A stretch of DNA of 64,000 nt from Sporomusaceae bacterium (GCA_029265905.1 JAJUGR010000008.1:12194-76193), one strand, 5' to 3'. Counted from the first letter of the stretch, positions 44,637-56,488 are shown. Notes: a model not told the origin generated them from the sequence alone. Program-made: numbers and translations.

Positions 44637-45188
44637 ATGAAACAGGTGTTATCCATTCTGGTTCGCAATCAGCCGGGGGTATTGATGCGTGTCGCTGGAC
44701 TTTTTTCCCGCCGGGGCTTCAATATTGACAGCTTGGCGGTTGGCATTACGGAAAAGCCGGCTTTTTCCCGCATGACAGTAGGTCTTTACGGCAATGAAGC
44801 GACGGTCGAACAGGTGAAAAAGCAGCTGGAGAAATTGGTCGAAGTCGAGGAAGTGCGGCTGCTTCCCTCTGATGCGATGGTGGCGCGGGGGATGGCGCTA
44901 GTCAAAGTGGAAGCCGGCGAAAAGCGCATGGAGGCGCTGAAGCTGGCGGAAATTTTCCGGGCCAGCGTCCTGGATGTCGGTGCGCAGACGCTAGTGTTTG
45001 AAATCACCGGCGGCGACGATAAAATCAAGGCTTTTATTGATCTGATGGCGCCGTTCGGCATTCTTGAGGTGGTGCAAACCGGCGTGGTCGCGCTGGAACG
45101 GGGCGAGTCGGCAATGCAGGCGGTCGAATCAAAATATGATTGGCCGGAACGCTGCAACGAGGGTAAGGATGTTTGCCAGGTCATCTGA
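44637..45188 (+). CDS. ilvN: acetolactate synthase small (regulatory) subunit
   Basis: 183 aa. The N-terminal ACT domain LSILVRNQPGVLMRVAGLFSRRGFNIDSLAVG is diagnostic. ATG at 44637 follows AAGGGGGGGA. Confidence 0.9.
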   Translation: MKQVLSILVRNQPGVLMRVAGLFSRRGFNIDSLAVGITEKPAFSRMTVGLYGNEATVEQVKKQLEKLVEVEEVRLLPSDAMVARGMALVKVEAGEKRMEALKLAEIFRASVLDVGAQTLVFEITGGDDKIKAFIDLMAPFGILEVVQTGVVALERGESAMQAVESKYDWPERCNEGKDVCQVI

Positions 45189-45234
45189 CCTAGGATCATC
45201 AATATAGTGGAAAGAAAAAAGGAGTGTATTGTAA

Positions 45235-46227
<993 letters not shown>

Positions 46228-46286
46228 AATAAACGCTGCGCCTGTCAGGCGTGATCGGGCGGGCTCATATTAAGGAGGGGCAGAAA

Positions 46287-47840
46287 GTGGAAAATAGGAG
46301 AATCTTTCTTTTTGATACAACCCTGCGTGACGGGGAACAGACGCCTGGCGTCAGCCTTGAGGCGTCTGAGAAACTAGAGATTGCGCAGGCGCTGGCCCGA
46401 CTTAAAGTTGACGCAATCGAGGCAGGCTTCCCCGCAGCATCGCCGGGCGATTTTGCCGCTGTCAAGGAAATCGCGACAAAGGTTAAGGGGCCGGTAATCT
46501 GCGCGCTTGCCCGCGCCAACAAGAAAGATATTGAGGCCGCCCGTGACGCGCTGGCGCCGGCGGAACGTTCGCGCATCCATACCTTTATTGCGACGAGCGA
46601 CATCCATCTGGAGTACAAGTTGAAAATGACGCGGGAGGAAGTCTTGGCGGCGGCTGAAGAAGCGGTCCGCTATGCCAAGGGCTTTGCCGCGGAAGTGGAG
46701 TTCTCCGCGGAGGACGCTTCCCGTTCTGACTGGGATTACCTGTGCCGCGTTTACGAGCGGGTGATTGCGGCCGGCGCCACGATCATCAACGTTCCCGACA
46801 CGGTCGGCTTTACGACGCCGGACGAGTACGGCCGGTTAATCCGCTATATAAAGGAAAACGTGCCCAATATTGACCAGGCGATCATCAGTGTCCACTGCCA
46901 CAATGACCTGGGCATGGCGGTGGCCAACTCGCTGGCGGCGATGCAAAACGGCGCCCAGCAGATTGAGTGCACGGTTAACGGCATTGGCGAGCGCGCCGGC
47001 AATGCGGCCATCGAAGAGCTGGTGATGGCGATGGAGACGCGCAAAGGGTATTACCATTGCGAAACGGGCGTTGATACGCGCCAGCTTTACCGCACTTCGC
47101 GCTTGGTCAGCACCCTGACTGGGGTAGTCATCCAGCCGAACAAGGCGGTTGTGGGCGATAATGCCTTTGCCCATGAATCGGGCATCCATCAGCACGGCGT
47201 GCTGAGCAATGCCCTGACCTATGAAATCATGAGCCCCGAGATGATCGGCATCAGCCGCAATGCAATTGTGCTGGGCAAGCATTCGGGCAAGCATGCGTTT
47301 GAAGAGCGGCTTCGCACGTTGGGCTATGAGCTGGATGCCGAAGCGATTGCGCAGTTGTTTGTGCGGTTCAAAGACTTGGCGGACCGCAAAAAGGTCATTT
47401 TCGACCGCGACATTGAAGCGCTGATTGCTGAAAAAGCCTCGCTGCGTCCGGAGTGGTTCCGGTTGGCGTACCACCAGGTGACGAGCGGCAATCAAACCAA
47501 GGCGACGGCGACCGTGGGCTTGGAAACCAGCTCCGGTTTGACGGAAGAGGCCAGCACCGGCGACGGGCCGGTGGATGCAGTCTTTAAGGCGGTGGAAAAG
47601 GCGGTCGGGTTTGAGGTCAGCCTTCGCGACTACCAAATCAAGGCTGTCACCAGCGGCGAGGATGCGCTAGGGGAAGCTACCGTTTGGATTGAACAAAACG
47701 ACAGGGTTTTCTGCGGACGCGGATTGAGCACAGACGTGATTGAAGCAAGCGTGCGTGCGTTCGTGAATGCGATCAATAAAATGCTGGCTAGTTGCGGGTA
47801 TCCTCAGGAAGATAAAGCAGCAAGGAGTGAACAAGAATAA
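46287..47840 (+). CDS. leuA: 2-isopropylmalate synthase
   Basis: ~517 aa. [10 protein letters not shown]...[16 protein letters not shown]...the HESGIHQ motifs and a C-terminal LeuA dimerisation/regulatory domain. GTG at 46287 lies 6 nt after AAGGAGGGG. A citramalate synthase activity cannot be excluded from sequence alone. Confidence 0.9.
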   Translation: MENRRIFLFDTTLRDGEQTPGVSLEASEKLEIAQALARLKVDAIEAGFPAASPGDFAAVKEIATKVKGPVICALARANKKDIEAARDALAPAERSRIHTFIATSDIHLEYKLKMTREEVLAAAEEAVRYAKGFAAEVEFSAEDASRSDWDYLCRVYERVIAAGATIINVPDTVGFTTPDEYGRLIRYIKENVPNIDQAIISVHCHNDLGMAVANSLAAMQNGAQQIECTVNGIGERAGNAAIEELVMAMETRKGYYHCETGVDTRQLYRTSRLVSTLTGVVIQPNKAVVGDNAFAHESGIHQHGVLSNALTYEIMSPEMIGISRNAIVLGKHSGKHAFEERLRTLGYELDAEAIAQLFVRFKDLADRKKVIFDRDIEALIAEKASLRPEWFRLAYHQVTSGNQTKATATVGLETSSGLTEEASTGDGPVDAVFKAVEKAVGFEVSLRDYQIKAVTSGEDALGEATVWIEQNDRVFCGRGLSTDVIEASVRAFVNAINKMLASCGYPQEDKAARSEQE

Positions 47841-49096
47841 TGGGCATGACAATGACAGAAAAGATTTTAGCTCGCCATGCAGGCGTTGCCAGTGTCTCAG
47901 CCGGCGATCTGATTGTGAGCCAGGTTGACCTGATTCTCGGCAACGACATTACGACTCCGCCAGCGATTGTGGAATTCAATAAGATTGGCCGACCGGTTTT
48001 CAATCCTGAAAAAATCGCGCTTGTGCCAGATCATTTCACCCCGAATAAGGACATTCGCTCGGCGCAAATGGCCAAAACCGTAAAGGAATTTGCCCGCAAG
48101 CATAAGATAAAGCACTATTTTGAAGTTGGCCGGATGGGCATCGAGCACGTGCTCCTGCCGGAAGTCGGGTTGGTGGCGCCAGGCGAGGTCATTATCGGCG
48201 CCGACTCCCACACCTGCACGTACGGCGCTTTGAATGCCTTTGCCACCGGTATCGGTTCTACCGATATGGGGGCGGCTATGGTGACCGGCAAGACCTGGTT
48301 CAAGGTTCCCTCGGCCATCCGCGTGGAGCTGACCGGCAAGCTGCCGAAATATGTCACCGGCAAAGACGTGATTTTGACGCTCATCGGCATGATCGGCGTC
48401 GAAGGCGCCCGCTATCAGTCGATTGAATTTGCCGGGCCGGGCGTGGCGGCGCTGTCGATGACCGACCGCCTCACGATTTGCAACATGGCGATTGAAGCCG
48501 GCGGCAAAAACGGCATTTTCCCGATGGACGAGATTACGGCCGCCTACCTGAAGGGGCGCGTCGAACGGCCGTTTGCAGCGGTCGAAGCGGACGGCGATGC
48601 CGTCTACGAACGCACAGTCAAGATTGATTTGTCGGCGCTCGAGCCGGTGGTTGCTTTCCCGCATCTGCCGGAAAACGTGCGCAAGGTCAAGGAGGCCGGT
48701 GACGTGGCGATCGATCAGGTTGTGATCGGTTCCTGCACGAATGGCCGCCTCGAAGACTTGGCGCAGGCAGCGGAAATTTTCGCCGGCCGCCAGGTTCATG
48801 AGCGGGTCCGGGCGATTATTATCCCCGGCAGCCAGACGGTCTACATGGAAGCGATGGAGAAGGGGTATATCAAAACCTTCATCGAAGCGGGCTGCGTTGT
48901 GAGCACGCCGACCTGCGGACCTTGCCTGGGCGGCTACATGGGGATTTTGGCGGAAGGGGAGCGGGCGGTCTCGACGACCAACCGCAATTTCCGCGGCCGC
49001 ATGGGCCATATCGACAGCGAAGTCTATTTGAGCGGACCGTATGTAGCGGCGGCAAGCGCTGTCTGCGGGCGTATTGCCGGTCCGGAGGAGGTATAA
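47840..49096 (+). CDS. leuC: 3-isopropylmalate dehydratase large subunit
   Basis: 418 aa. Aconitase-family Fe-S ligand regions (GADSHT, GSCTNGR, CGPCLG). The start overlaps the leuA stop. Confidence 0.93.
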   Translation: MGMTMTEKILARHAGVASVSAGDLIVSQVDLILGNDITTPPAIVEFNKIGRPVFNPEKIALVPDHFTPNKDIRSAQMAKTVKEFARKHKIKHYFEVGRMGIEHVLLPEVGLVAPGEVIIGADSHTCTYGALNAFATGIGSTDMGAAMVTGKTWFKVPSAIRVELTGKLPKYVTGKDVILTLIGMIGVEGARYQSIEFAGPGVAALSMTDRLTICNMAIEAGGKNGIFPMDEITAAYLKGRVERPFAAVEADGDAVYERTVKIDLSALEPVVAFPHLPENVRKVKEAGDVAIDQVVIGSCTNGRLEDLAQAAEIFAGRQVHERVRAIIIPGSQTVYMEAMEKGYIKTFIEAGCVVSTPTCGPCLGGYMGILAEGERAVSTTNRNFRGRMGHIDSEVYLSGPYVAAASAVCGRIAGPEEV

Positions 49097-49098
49097 GG

Positions 49099-49593
49099 AT
49101 GAAGGTGTCAGGAAAAGTGTGGCGCTACGGCGACCATGTGGATACAGACGTGATTATTCCCGCCCGCTATTTGAACATCCAGGATCCGGTGGAGTTGGCT
49201 GAACACGCGATGGAGGACATTGACACGACGTTTGCCGCCAATGTGCAGCCGGGCGATATCGTCGTTGCCGGGAAGAATTTTGGCTGCGGCTCCAGCCGCG
49301 AACACGCGCCGCTTGTCATCAAGCAAAAAGGCGTGGCCTGCGTGGTGGCGGAGAGCTTTGCCCGCATTTTTTACCGCAATGCCATCAACATCGGCCTGCC
49401 GGTCGTTGAACTCGGCGAAGCGGTCGCCGGGATTGAAGCGAATCACCGCCTCACGGTCGACCTGGGCCAAGGCATCGTTACAAACGAGACGACGGGCCAA
49501 GCCTGGACGATCAAGCCTTTGCCTGCCTTTGTGCAGGAACTGACGAGCGCCGGCGGCCTGATCGCCTATGTAAAGGAAGGCGGGATGGCATGA
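49099..49593 (+). CDS. leuD: 3-isopropylmalate dehydratase small subunit
   Basis: 164 aa. GDHVDTDVIIPARYL...GKNFGCGSSREHAP swivel-domain motifs. ATG at 49099 follows GGAGGAGG. Confidence 0.93.
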   Translation: MKVSGKVWRYGDHVDTDVIIPARYLNIQDPVELAEHAMEDIDTTFAANVQPGDIVVAGKNFGCGSSREHAPLVIKQKGVACVVAESFARIFYRNAINIGLPVVELGEAVAGIEANHRLTVDLGQGIVTNETTGQAWTIKPLPAFVQELTSAGGLIAYVKEGGMA

Positions 49594-50666
49594 AGGCAAC
49601 AATAGCCGTCATCGGCGGCGATGGCATCGGTCCGGAGATTGTCGGAGCAGCGCAAAAAGTAATGGAAGCTGTGGCGGCAAAAAAGGGCTTTTCACTTGAA
49701 TTTAAACCCTGCTTGGCGGGCGGCGCGGCGCTCGATGCGTTCGGCGTGCCCTTGCCGCAGGAGACGATTGATATTTGCCGGTCGGCGGACGCCGTTTTGC
49801 TGGGCGCGGTCGGCGACCCCAAATGGGATACGGTCGAACCGTCCCGCCGTCCGGAAAAGGCGATCCTGGGCTTGCGCAAGGAATTGGGCTTATTTGCCAA
49901 CTTGCGCCCGATCAAAGTGTTCGCACCGCTGATCGGCCGCTCGCCGCTCAAAGAAAGCGTCGTGGGCGGCACTGATTTGCTGATTGTGCGCGAACTAACC
50001 GGCGGCATTTATTTTGGCGAGCGCCAGGAAGCTGATCCGGCTGATCCGGCGGCGTCCGCATACGACGTCGAGGCTTACAGCGCGCCGGAAATCAAGCGGA
50101 TTTTGGAGGTCGCCTTCAAAGCGGCCCAAGGCCGCCGCGGCAAGCTGACTTCGATTGACAAGGCGAACGTGCTGGCTTCGTCCCGCTTGTGGCGGGGCAT
50201 CGTTGACAACATGGCGGCGGACTATGCTGGCGTGCAGGTTGAACACCTGTATGTCGATAATGGCTCCATGCAGCTGATCCTGCGCCCGTCGCAGTTTGAT
50301 GTCATGGTGACGAATAATATTTTCGGCGATATTTTGAGCGACGAGGCGGCGGTGACTACCGGCTCCATCGGCCTGCTGCCCTCGGCCAGCCTGGGGAGCG
50401 GTACCGGCCTGTATGAACCGATTCACGGTTCGGCGCCGGATATTGCCGGCCAAGGCAAGGCAAACCCCATCGGCACAATTTTGTCGGCGGCGATGCTGTT
50501 CCGCTATTCGCTGCAGCAAGAGGAAGCGGCGCAGCTGATTGAAGCGGCTGTCGAACGCGTCTTGACCGCGGGACATCGCACGGCTGACATTGCCGCAGCC
50601 GGTGACACGCCTGTCTCCACCGAGCAGATGGGCGATTTGATTGTAGCGGCAATAAAAGAGGCTTGA
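49590..50666 (+). CDS. leuB: 3-isopropylmalate dehydrogenase
   Basis: 358 aa. IAVIGGDGIGPEI...NLRP...DKANVL...NIFGDILSDEAA...HGSAPDIAG motifs. 4-nt overlap with leuD. Confidence 0.95.
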   Translation: MKATIAVIGGDGIGPEIVGAAQKVMEAVAAKKGFSLEFKPCLAGGAALDAFGVPLPQETIDICRSADAVLLGAVGDPKWDTVEPSRRPEKAILGLRKELGLFANLRPIKVFAPLIGRSPLKESVVGGTDLLIVRELTGGIYFGERQEADPADPAASAYDVEAYSAPEIKRILEVAFKAAQGRRGKLTSIDKANVLASSRLWRGIVDNMAADYAGVQVEHLYVDNGSMQLILRPSQFDVMVTNNIFGDILSDEAAVTTGSIGLLPSASLGSGTGLYEPIHGSAPDIAGQGKANPIGTILSAAMLFRYSLQQEEAAQLIEAAVERVLTAGHRTADIAAAGDTPVSTEQMGDLIVAAIKEA

Positions 50667-50681
50667 GACGGAGGAATTGAC

Positions 50682-52343
50682 ATGGAACGCACCGGGGCGG
50701 AAGTAATCATTGCCTGTCTAAAGGAACAAGGCGTTAATACGGTGTTTGGCTATCCTGGAGGGGCGATCCTGCCCTTCTACGATGCGCTGCGCGACTCGGA
50801 TATCCGCCATGTATTGACGGTCCATGAGCAGGGGGCGGCGCATGCTGCTGATGGTTATGCCCGCGCGTCCGGTGAAGTGGGGGTCTGCGTGGCCACTTCC
50901 GGTCCGGGGGCGACAAACCTTGTGACCGGCTTGGCGGGGGCCTTTCTCGATTCCGTGCCGGTGGTGGCGATTACAGGCCAGGTGGCGCGCGCCATGATCG
51001 GCCGCGATGCGTTTCAGGAAGTGGATATTACGGGCGTAACGATGCCTGTGACGAAGCACAACTTCCTGGTGAAGCATCCGGCGCAGCTGGCGGACACGAT
51101 TCGCCTGGCGTTCACTATCGCCCGCTCCGGACGGCCGGGCCCCGTTCTCATTGACATTCCGCGCGATATTCAAACCGGGCTGGCCCCTTATGCTCCTTGC
51201 GAATACAAAAAGAATTACGCCAAGGAAAAGCCAATTGACAATAAGGGGCAACTGCTGCAGGCCGTACAGGTCATTAATGCCGCCAAGCGGCCCGTGATGC
51301 TGGTCGGAGGCGGTGCGATTTCGGCGGATGCAAGCGAGGCCCTGACGCTGTTGGCCGAAAAAGCTTCGATCCCGGTTGTGTCAACGCTGATGGGCTTGGG
51401 CGCGATGCGCGGCGATCATCCCTTGTTTGTCGGCATGACGGGCTTGCACGGCCTGGAGAGAGCAAACCGTGCCGTGCAGAATGCCGATTGCCTGATCGCG
51501 GTCGGCAGCCGCTTCAATGACCGGGTTACCGGTGACCGTTCGCTTTATTCACAGGGGAAAACGGTCATTCATATGGATGTTGATCCGGCTGAAATTGACA
51601 AGAATGTTGCCTCGGGCATCGGCGTCGCTGGCTGCCTGAAGGACAATCTGTCGCTGATGACTGAGCAGGTTGAATCAGCCAAGCATGAGGACTGGTGGCG
51701 GGAGCTGGGCGGCTGGCCCCTCAGCACTGGTGAAGGAAAGTCGGTCGGCGTCATGAAACAGATCGACGCTGTGTTGCGCGAGCGCGATGTGATTGTGGCA
51801 ACCGATGTCGGGCAGCATCAGATGTGGACCGCACAGCATGTTAAGATTAACGGGCCGCGCCGGTGGATTACCTCCGGCGGCCTCGGCGCAATGGGCTTCG
51901 GGCTTCCGGCAGCCATGGGCGCGCAGTTTGCCTGCCCGGACAAAGAAGTTGTTTTGATCGCCGGCGACGGTGGGTTCAAGATGACCGGGCAGGAGCTGTT
52001 TACAATCGCGGCGTTCAACCTGCCAATTACGGTGATTGTGTTGAACAACAGCGGCTTGGGCATGATCCGGCAATTGCAGGAAGCGTTGTTCGACAGCCGC
52101 TACATGTCATGCGAGTTGCCCTTTGCGTTTGACTTTGTGCTGTATGCAGCCGCTTTTGGCTTGAAAGGGCGCCGGCTGCAGGCGGACGATGACGTAAAGG
52201 CAGCTTTGACGGAAGCCATGGCCCTAAAGCAGCCGAACCTGCTCGTCATCGACGTGCCGCCGGAAGAAAGAGTCATGCCGATGGTGCGTCCGAATGCAAC
52301 CTTAAATGAATTCATTTCTTTTCCCGCCGGAGAAAAGAAGTGA
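50682..52343 (+). CDS. ilvB: acetolactate synthase large (catalytic) subunit
   Basis: 553 aa. ThDP enzyme with GAEVIIACLKEQGVNTVFGYPGG and the ThDP motif GLGAMGFGLPAAMG...GDGGF...NN. Confidence 0.93.
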   Translation: MERTGAEVIIACLKEQGVNTVFGYPGGAILPFYDALRDSDIRHVLTVHEQGAAHAADGYARASGEVGVCVATSGPGATNLVTGLAGAFLDSVPVVAITGQVARAMIGRDAFQEVDITGVTMPVTKHNFLVKHPAQLADTIRLAFTIARSGRPGPVLIDIPRDIQTGLAPYAPCEYKKNYAKEKPIDNKGQLLQAVQVINAAKRPVMLVGGGAISADASEALTLLAEKASIPVVSTLMGLGAMRGDHPLFVGMTGLHGLERANRAVQNADCLIAVGSRFNDRVTGDRSLYSQGKTVIHMDVDPAEIDKNVASGIGVAGCLKDNLSLMTEQVESAKHEDWWRELGGWPLSTGEGKSVGVMKQIDAVLRERDVIVATDVGQHQMWTAQHVKINGPRRWITSGGLGAMGFGLPAAMGAQFACPDKEVVLIAGDGGFKMTGQELFTIAAFNLPITVIVLNNSGLGMIRQLQEALFDSRYMSCELPFAFDFVLYAAAFGLKGRRLQADDDVKAALTEAMALKQPNLLVIDVPPEERVMPMVRPNATLNEFISFPAGEKK

Positions 52344-52358
52344 CTGTGAGACGCGATG

Positions 52359-52393
52359 AGCCGCAGCCGCTAGCTGCGGCTTCTTCTTTTTTT
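52359..52393 (+). terminator. terminator of the ilv-leu operon
   Basis: AGCCGCAGC (52359-52367) pairs with GCTGCGGCT (52373-52381), followed by TCTTCTTTTTTT. Confidence 0.75.
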
Positions 52394-52465
52394 GCTCTGC
52401 CGGGGGGAGAAAGTCGAATTGCGGCGAATCTAATACTTGTTGCAGGACAACAGGAGGTTGCTGGG

Positions 52466-53905
52466 ATGAGCATTAGTATTCCCGCCTATGTGCGGAGTGT
52501 ATTGGAAGCCCTGACGAAACAGGGGTTTCAGGCTGTGCTGGTTGGCGGCTGCGTACGGGATCATTTGCGCGGCGTTGAACCGCAGGACTATGATATTGCC
52601 ACCGACGCGTTGCCGGATGACGTGGCGGCGCTTGCCAAACGGCAGGGGTGGGGGCTTGTTGAACAACTGGGCCATTTGTTTGGCGTGGTGGTTATTGTCA
52701 TCGACGGCCAAGCGGTAGAGGTGGCCACCTTTCGGCAGGAGGTTTACGGCGAGGACGCGCATCGTCCGGAAAAGGTTTGGTATACGAAGGACCTGGCGCT
52801 CGACTTGGCCCGCCGGGATTTCACAGTTAACGCGATGGCCTTGACCATGACAGGAGAAGTGTTCGACCCTTTTGACGGACAGCGCGACTTGGCGGCCGGC
52901 GTAATCAGGACGGTGGGCAGGGCCGGACAGCGCTTTGCCGAAGATGCGCTGCGTTTGTTCCGGGCCTGCCGGTTTGCGGCGCAGCTGGATTTTTCGCTTG
53001 ACGAGGCGACTGAGGCCGCTATGCGCCCGGCAACGCCGCGCGTGCGGGGGATTTCGCTCGAGCGAGTACGGACGGAGCTGAACAAGCTGCTCTTGGGGGC
53101 GAATCCGGCGCTGGGCGTCAGACTGCTTGTGCGGACCGGCTTGGCAGAAGCAGTCTGCCGTAAAAAGCAGCCGGACGCCTATAAAGAGGTGCCGGTTTTG
53201 CCGGAACTGGCGGCGCTGGACGGCGTTGAACAAAACAAGCAGTTTCATGCGTTTGATGTGCTCGGCCATACGCTGCAGGCGTTGAACCAGGCGCCCGCGG
53301 AGCTGGCTGTGCGGTGGGGCGTGCTTTTGCATGATATCGCCAAGGGGACGCCGGGCGTGCGCGGCGTGCGCGAGGACGGCAACCCGACTGACTACGGACA
53401 TGCGGGCGTTGGCGCAAACATGGCCGCGGCCATCCTGCAGCGGCTGGAAATGCCGCCGGGGTTTGTCAAGCGGGTCGCTTGGCTGGTCGATCAGCACATG
53501 AATTTAGGGATTTCCTTTTGCGCTGAACCGGACGTGCGCGTGCGGTGGCTGCGCAAAGCCGCCCGCAGCAAGCTGTTTCGCACGCAAGACGACCTGAAAG
53601 AGGGCGTAAGGCAGCTGGTTGCCGTTTGCGTGGCGGACCGGCGCGGAATGGGGACGGATCTTCTGCCCTGCTATGAGGCGGGGGCAAAGCATGTTCTTGA
53701 GGCGGTTGAAACGATGCCGGTCCACACCAGCGATTTGGCTGTGGGCGGCGCGGATGTGCTGCCGCTTGTCGGGCCGCGCCAGGTGCGCCACGTCTTGGTG
53801 CGGCTCCTGGTCCGCGTGCAGGACGGGGCGTTGCCAAACCGGCACAAGGAACTGATGGCAGCGGCCTTGGCGTGGGCGCGTAGGCATCGGGAGAATGGGG
53901 GATAA
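52466..53905 (+). CDS. cca: CCA tRNA nucleotidyltransferase / poly(A) polymerase-family protein with C-terminal HD region
   Basis: GGCVRDHLRG...DYDIAT (class II nucleotidyltransferase head), RDFTVNAM, and later LLHDIAK (HD). ATG at 52466 lies 8 nt after AGGAGG. The ORF-track start at 52340 lies inside the upstream terminator. Confidence 0.85.
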   Translation: MSISIPAYVRSVLEALTKQGFQAVLVGGCVRDHLRGVEPQDYDIATDALPDDVAALAKRQGWGLVEQLGHLFGVVVIVIDGQAVEVATFRQEVYGEDAHRPEKVWYTKDLALDLARRDFTVNAMALTMTGEVFDPFDGQRDLAAGVIRTVGRAGQRFAEDALRLFRACRFAAQLDFSLDEATEAAMRPATPRVRGISLERVRTELNKLLLGANPALGVRLLVRTGLAEAVCRKKQPDAYKEVPVLPELAALDGVEQNKQFHAFDVLGHTLQALNQAPAELAVRWGVLLHDIAKGTPGVRGVREDGNPTDYGHAGVGANMAAAILQRLEMPPGFVKRVAWLVDQHMNLGISFCAEPDVRVRWLRKAARSKLFRTQDDLKEGVRQLVAVCVADRRGMGTDLLPCYEAGAKHVLEAVETMPVHTSDLAVGGADVLPLVGPRQVRHVLVRLLVRVQDGALPNRHKELMAAALAWARRHRENGG

Positions 53906-53910
53906 ACGGA

Positions 53911-55128
53911 ATGAAGCGATTGTTGCAAGGCTTGTTTTGCGGTGTGTTATTGTTGTGGACCGGCGCGGTCCAGGCGGCGCTGGCGCCGCTGGCGCCGGTC
54001 CAACTAGGCATTGACCGCATCGACGAGTATCAGGCGTATTTTGCCGGCAAGCGTGTGGCCCTGATTACGAATGCCACCGGGGTTGACAGCCATTATCGGT
54101 CGAGCGTCGCCGTTCTGGCGGACAAGGTGCAGCTGGCTGCCATCCTGGCCCCGGAGCACGGTTTTCGCGGCCAGGTGGCAGCCGGCGTCAAGACGGACAA
54201 TGTCGTTGATCCGGCCACCGGCTTGCCGGTCTACAGCCTGTATGGCGACACGCGCAAGCCGACGCCCGCCATGTTGGCGGGCGTCGATATCGTAGTCTTT
54301 GATATTCAGGATATCGGCACGCGCCATTATACGTATGTTTCGACGATGGTGTACGCCATGCAGGCCTGTGCCGAACAAGGCAAGCAATTTGTCGTGCTCG
54401 ACCGCCCCAACCCGATTGGCGGCCGCGTTGAGGGGCCGGTGTTGCGTGGCGGGCTGGAATCCTTTATTGGCCTCTACCCGATTCCGTTGCGCCATGGCAT
54501 GACGGTGGGGGAATTGGCCCGCTACTATAACGCCGTCTACAGCTTGGGCGTCGACTTAGCGGTCATACCGCTGAAGGGCTGGAAGCGGTCCCTGTACATC
54601 GAGGAAACAACCGCACCGTGGGTTATGACGTCGCCGAACATTCCGACTCCGATGAGCGCCTTGGCTTACGCCGTGACGGGCATCTTCGGCGGCACGAACC
54701 TGTCTGACGGCGTTGGCACCACCCTGCCGTTTGAGTTGGCCGGCGCGCCGTGGATCGACGGGGATGAGCTGGCGGCTGTGATGAATGAAAAGCAGTTGCC
54801 CGGCGTCGTTTTCCGGCCGGTTTGGTTTACGCCCAAGTTCGGCCGTCATAAAGACGCGGCGTGCGGCGGCGTGCAGCTTCACATTTTGGACAAGCACCGT
54901 TTTGAAGCGATACGAACCGGCACGGAACTGTTTGCGGCCCTGCGGCGTCTAAGCGGCGACAAATTGGCGTATGTTCCGTCCGGGGAGCTATTTTTGCTGG
55001 ACAAGCTGCAGGGGGATCCGGCGCTGCGTGAAGGCGAGGAGCCCGTAGAGGCCCTGCTGGCAAAGTGGCAGCAAGAAAGCCTGGCATTCCGCCAGGCTGT
55101 AAAACCTTATTTGCTCTATGAAAATTAA
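53911..55128 (+). CDS. DUF1343-family protein (NamZ-like exo-beta-N-acetylmuramidase), secreted
   Basis: Signal peptide, then GIDRI...GKRVALITNATGV...ILAPEHGFRG...DIQDIGTRHYTY, which matches the DUF1343/YbbC-NamZ family as I remember it. Confidence 0.78.
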   Translation: MKRLLQGLFCGVLLLWTGAVQAALAPLAPVQLGIDRIDEYQAYFAGKRVALITNATGVDSHYRSSVAVLADKVQLAAILAPEHGFRGQVAAGVKTDNVVDPATGLPVYSLYGDTRKPTPAMLAGVDIVVFDIQDIGTRHYTYVSTMVYAMQACAEQGKQFVVLDRPNPIGGRVEGPVLRGGLESFIGLYPIPLRHGMTVGELARYYNAVYSLGVDLAVIPLKGWKRSLYIEETTAPWVMTSPNIPTPMSALAYAVTGIFGGTNLSDGVGTTLPFELAGAPWIDGDELAAVMNEKQLPGVVFRPVWFTPKFGRHKDAACGGVQLHILDKHRFEAIRTGTELFAALRRLSGDKLAYVPSGELFLLDKLQGDPALREGEEPVEALLAKWQQESLAFRQAVKPYLLYEN

Positions 55129-56402
55129 CTTTCGGGCAGCCACTGTCTGACGCTGGTCAGGCTGTCCAGGTAGGTTGAACCGTCGCTGCGGAGCAGCGAG
55201 AGCGGCGAAATCGCCACCCGCATGGCCGGGCGATAGTGAAGCGCCCCGTCGGCGGTGCGCTCCATGTGGCCGGTGTAGGCATGGACGACCCAATAATCGC
55301 CATCGCTTTTGCCCAAATAGAGCATGACGTGGCCATCCATATGCAGGAGGCTGGCCGGCGGCAGGGCGTCGAGGATTTGCCTGCGTTCGGCGGTTGTGCG
55401 CCCCGCCAGGCTGATTTTCCAGCCCGGCGCCGCCTCCTGCTCGTCGGCGTTGCGGGGGAGCGACAGCCCGACGCTGCGGAAAACCCGCACGATGAGGCCG
55501 GAGCAATCGATCCCGTCGCCGCTGTCCCCCCAGCCGTAAGGCGTGCCATAGTAGCGCAGGGCCTGCTGGATCACATTCTGGCGCGTGTAGGGCAAGGGCG
55601 AGGCTGCCAGCGTGTCGGTTGCTCGCACCGGGAGAGGCATGGTCGTCAGTTCGCCGCGGTTGTTTTGCTGCGGAATGAAGACGACGGCCGGATCACCTTC
55701 GCTGAGCGGCAGCGAGGCGCCCATCCGCATAAGCGGCGCTTGCACCGCCAAGCGCGTGCGCGGCTGGAAAAAATGCAGGCTGTGGCTTGGCTTTGCCCAA
55801 GTGAGCCAGGCTTTGCGGGTCGGAATGCGGGCGACGGAGCGGGCGTCAACCCAGCCGCGGTAGTGGTAAGTCTGGACGTAAAGCCAGGGACGTGCCGGAT
55901 GCTCAAACAGAATCGCCACCGGTTCCCCCGCGTCCAGCGAGGTTTCCTGCAAGCGGTCGAAGCTGTCGGCGCGCACGGAATAAAGGTCGGCGCTGGGGAA
56001 GGTGCGCAAGTCCGCATTGGCCGTCACGACGCCGTATTGGAGGAAAATGCGCCGCTCCTGCTGCCAGGCTGAAGCGGGCGGCAGCAAGCGTGTTTTTTCA
56101 TCGGATGCCGGAAATGGACTGCCGTTGCGGAAGACGACTTCGTCCGGCCAGTCCGGCGAAGTGATCCAGCGCTGCAGCGTGGCGGAGGAATACGACCAAG
56201 GCAAGGCCGACAGGTCGACAAGCGTGTGGGGTTCCCCGGCATACAACGCCCGCTGATAGGCGAGCAGAGCCTGTTCGTCAAGCAGGGGAGCGCTGGAAGC
56301 GGCGCTTTGCGTCAGCCAATAGGCCGGCGTTTCTTGTTCCTTGGCCTGGACTGGTGTCAGCAACAGCAAGCTGATGAGAAGGAAAGTCAATGTTTTGTAC
56401 AT
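55125..56402 (-). CDS. secreted NlpC/P60-family peptidoglycan endopeptidase with SH3-like N-terminal domains
   Basis: Signal peptide (LLISLLLLTPVQA). C-terminal catalytic core YGWGDSGDGIDCSGLIVRVF...GHVMLYLG (Cys-His). ATG at 56402 lies 8 nt after GAAGAGG. Its stop overlaps the convergent DUF1343 stop by 4 nt. Confidence 0.85.
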   Translation of the reverse strand: MYKTLTFLLISLLLLTPVQAKEQETPAYWLTQSAASSAPLLDEQALLAYQRALYAGEPHTLVDLSALPWSYSSATLQRWITSPDWPDEVVFRNGSPFPASDEKTRLLPPASAWQQERRIFLQYGVVTANADLRTFPSADLYSVRADSFDRLQETSLDAGEPVAILFEHPARPWLYVQTYHYRGWVDARSVARIPTRKAWLTWAKPSHSLHFFQPRTRLAVQAPLMRMGASLPLSEGDPAVVFIPQQNNRGELTTMPLPVRATDTLAASPLPYTRQNVIQQALRYYGTPYGWGDSGDGIDCSGLIVRVFRSVGLSLPRNADEQEAAPGWKISLAGRTTAERRQILDALPPASLLHMDGHVMLYLGKSDGDYWVVHAYTGHMERTADGALHYRPAMRVAISPLSLLRSDGSTYLDSLTSVRQWLPES

Positions 56403-56440
56403 ATACGTCACCTCTTCGGACTAGTTTTCGCCCTGCATGA

Positions 56441-56471
56441 AGAAAAACCCTCCCGCTATGCGGGAGGGTTT
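56441..56471 (-). terminator. terminator after pckA
   Basis: AAACCCTCCCGC (56445-56456) pairs with GCGGGAGGGTTT (56460-56471). A T-run follows on the minus strand. Confidence 0.7.
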
Positions 56472-56488
56472 GCCAAAGACAAGCTGCC

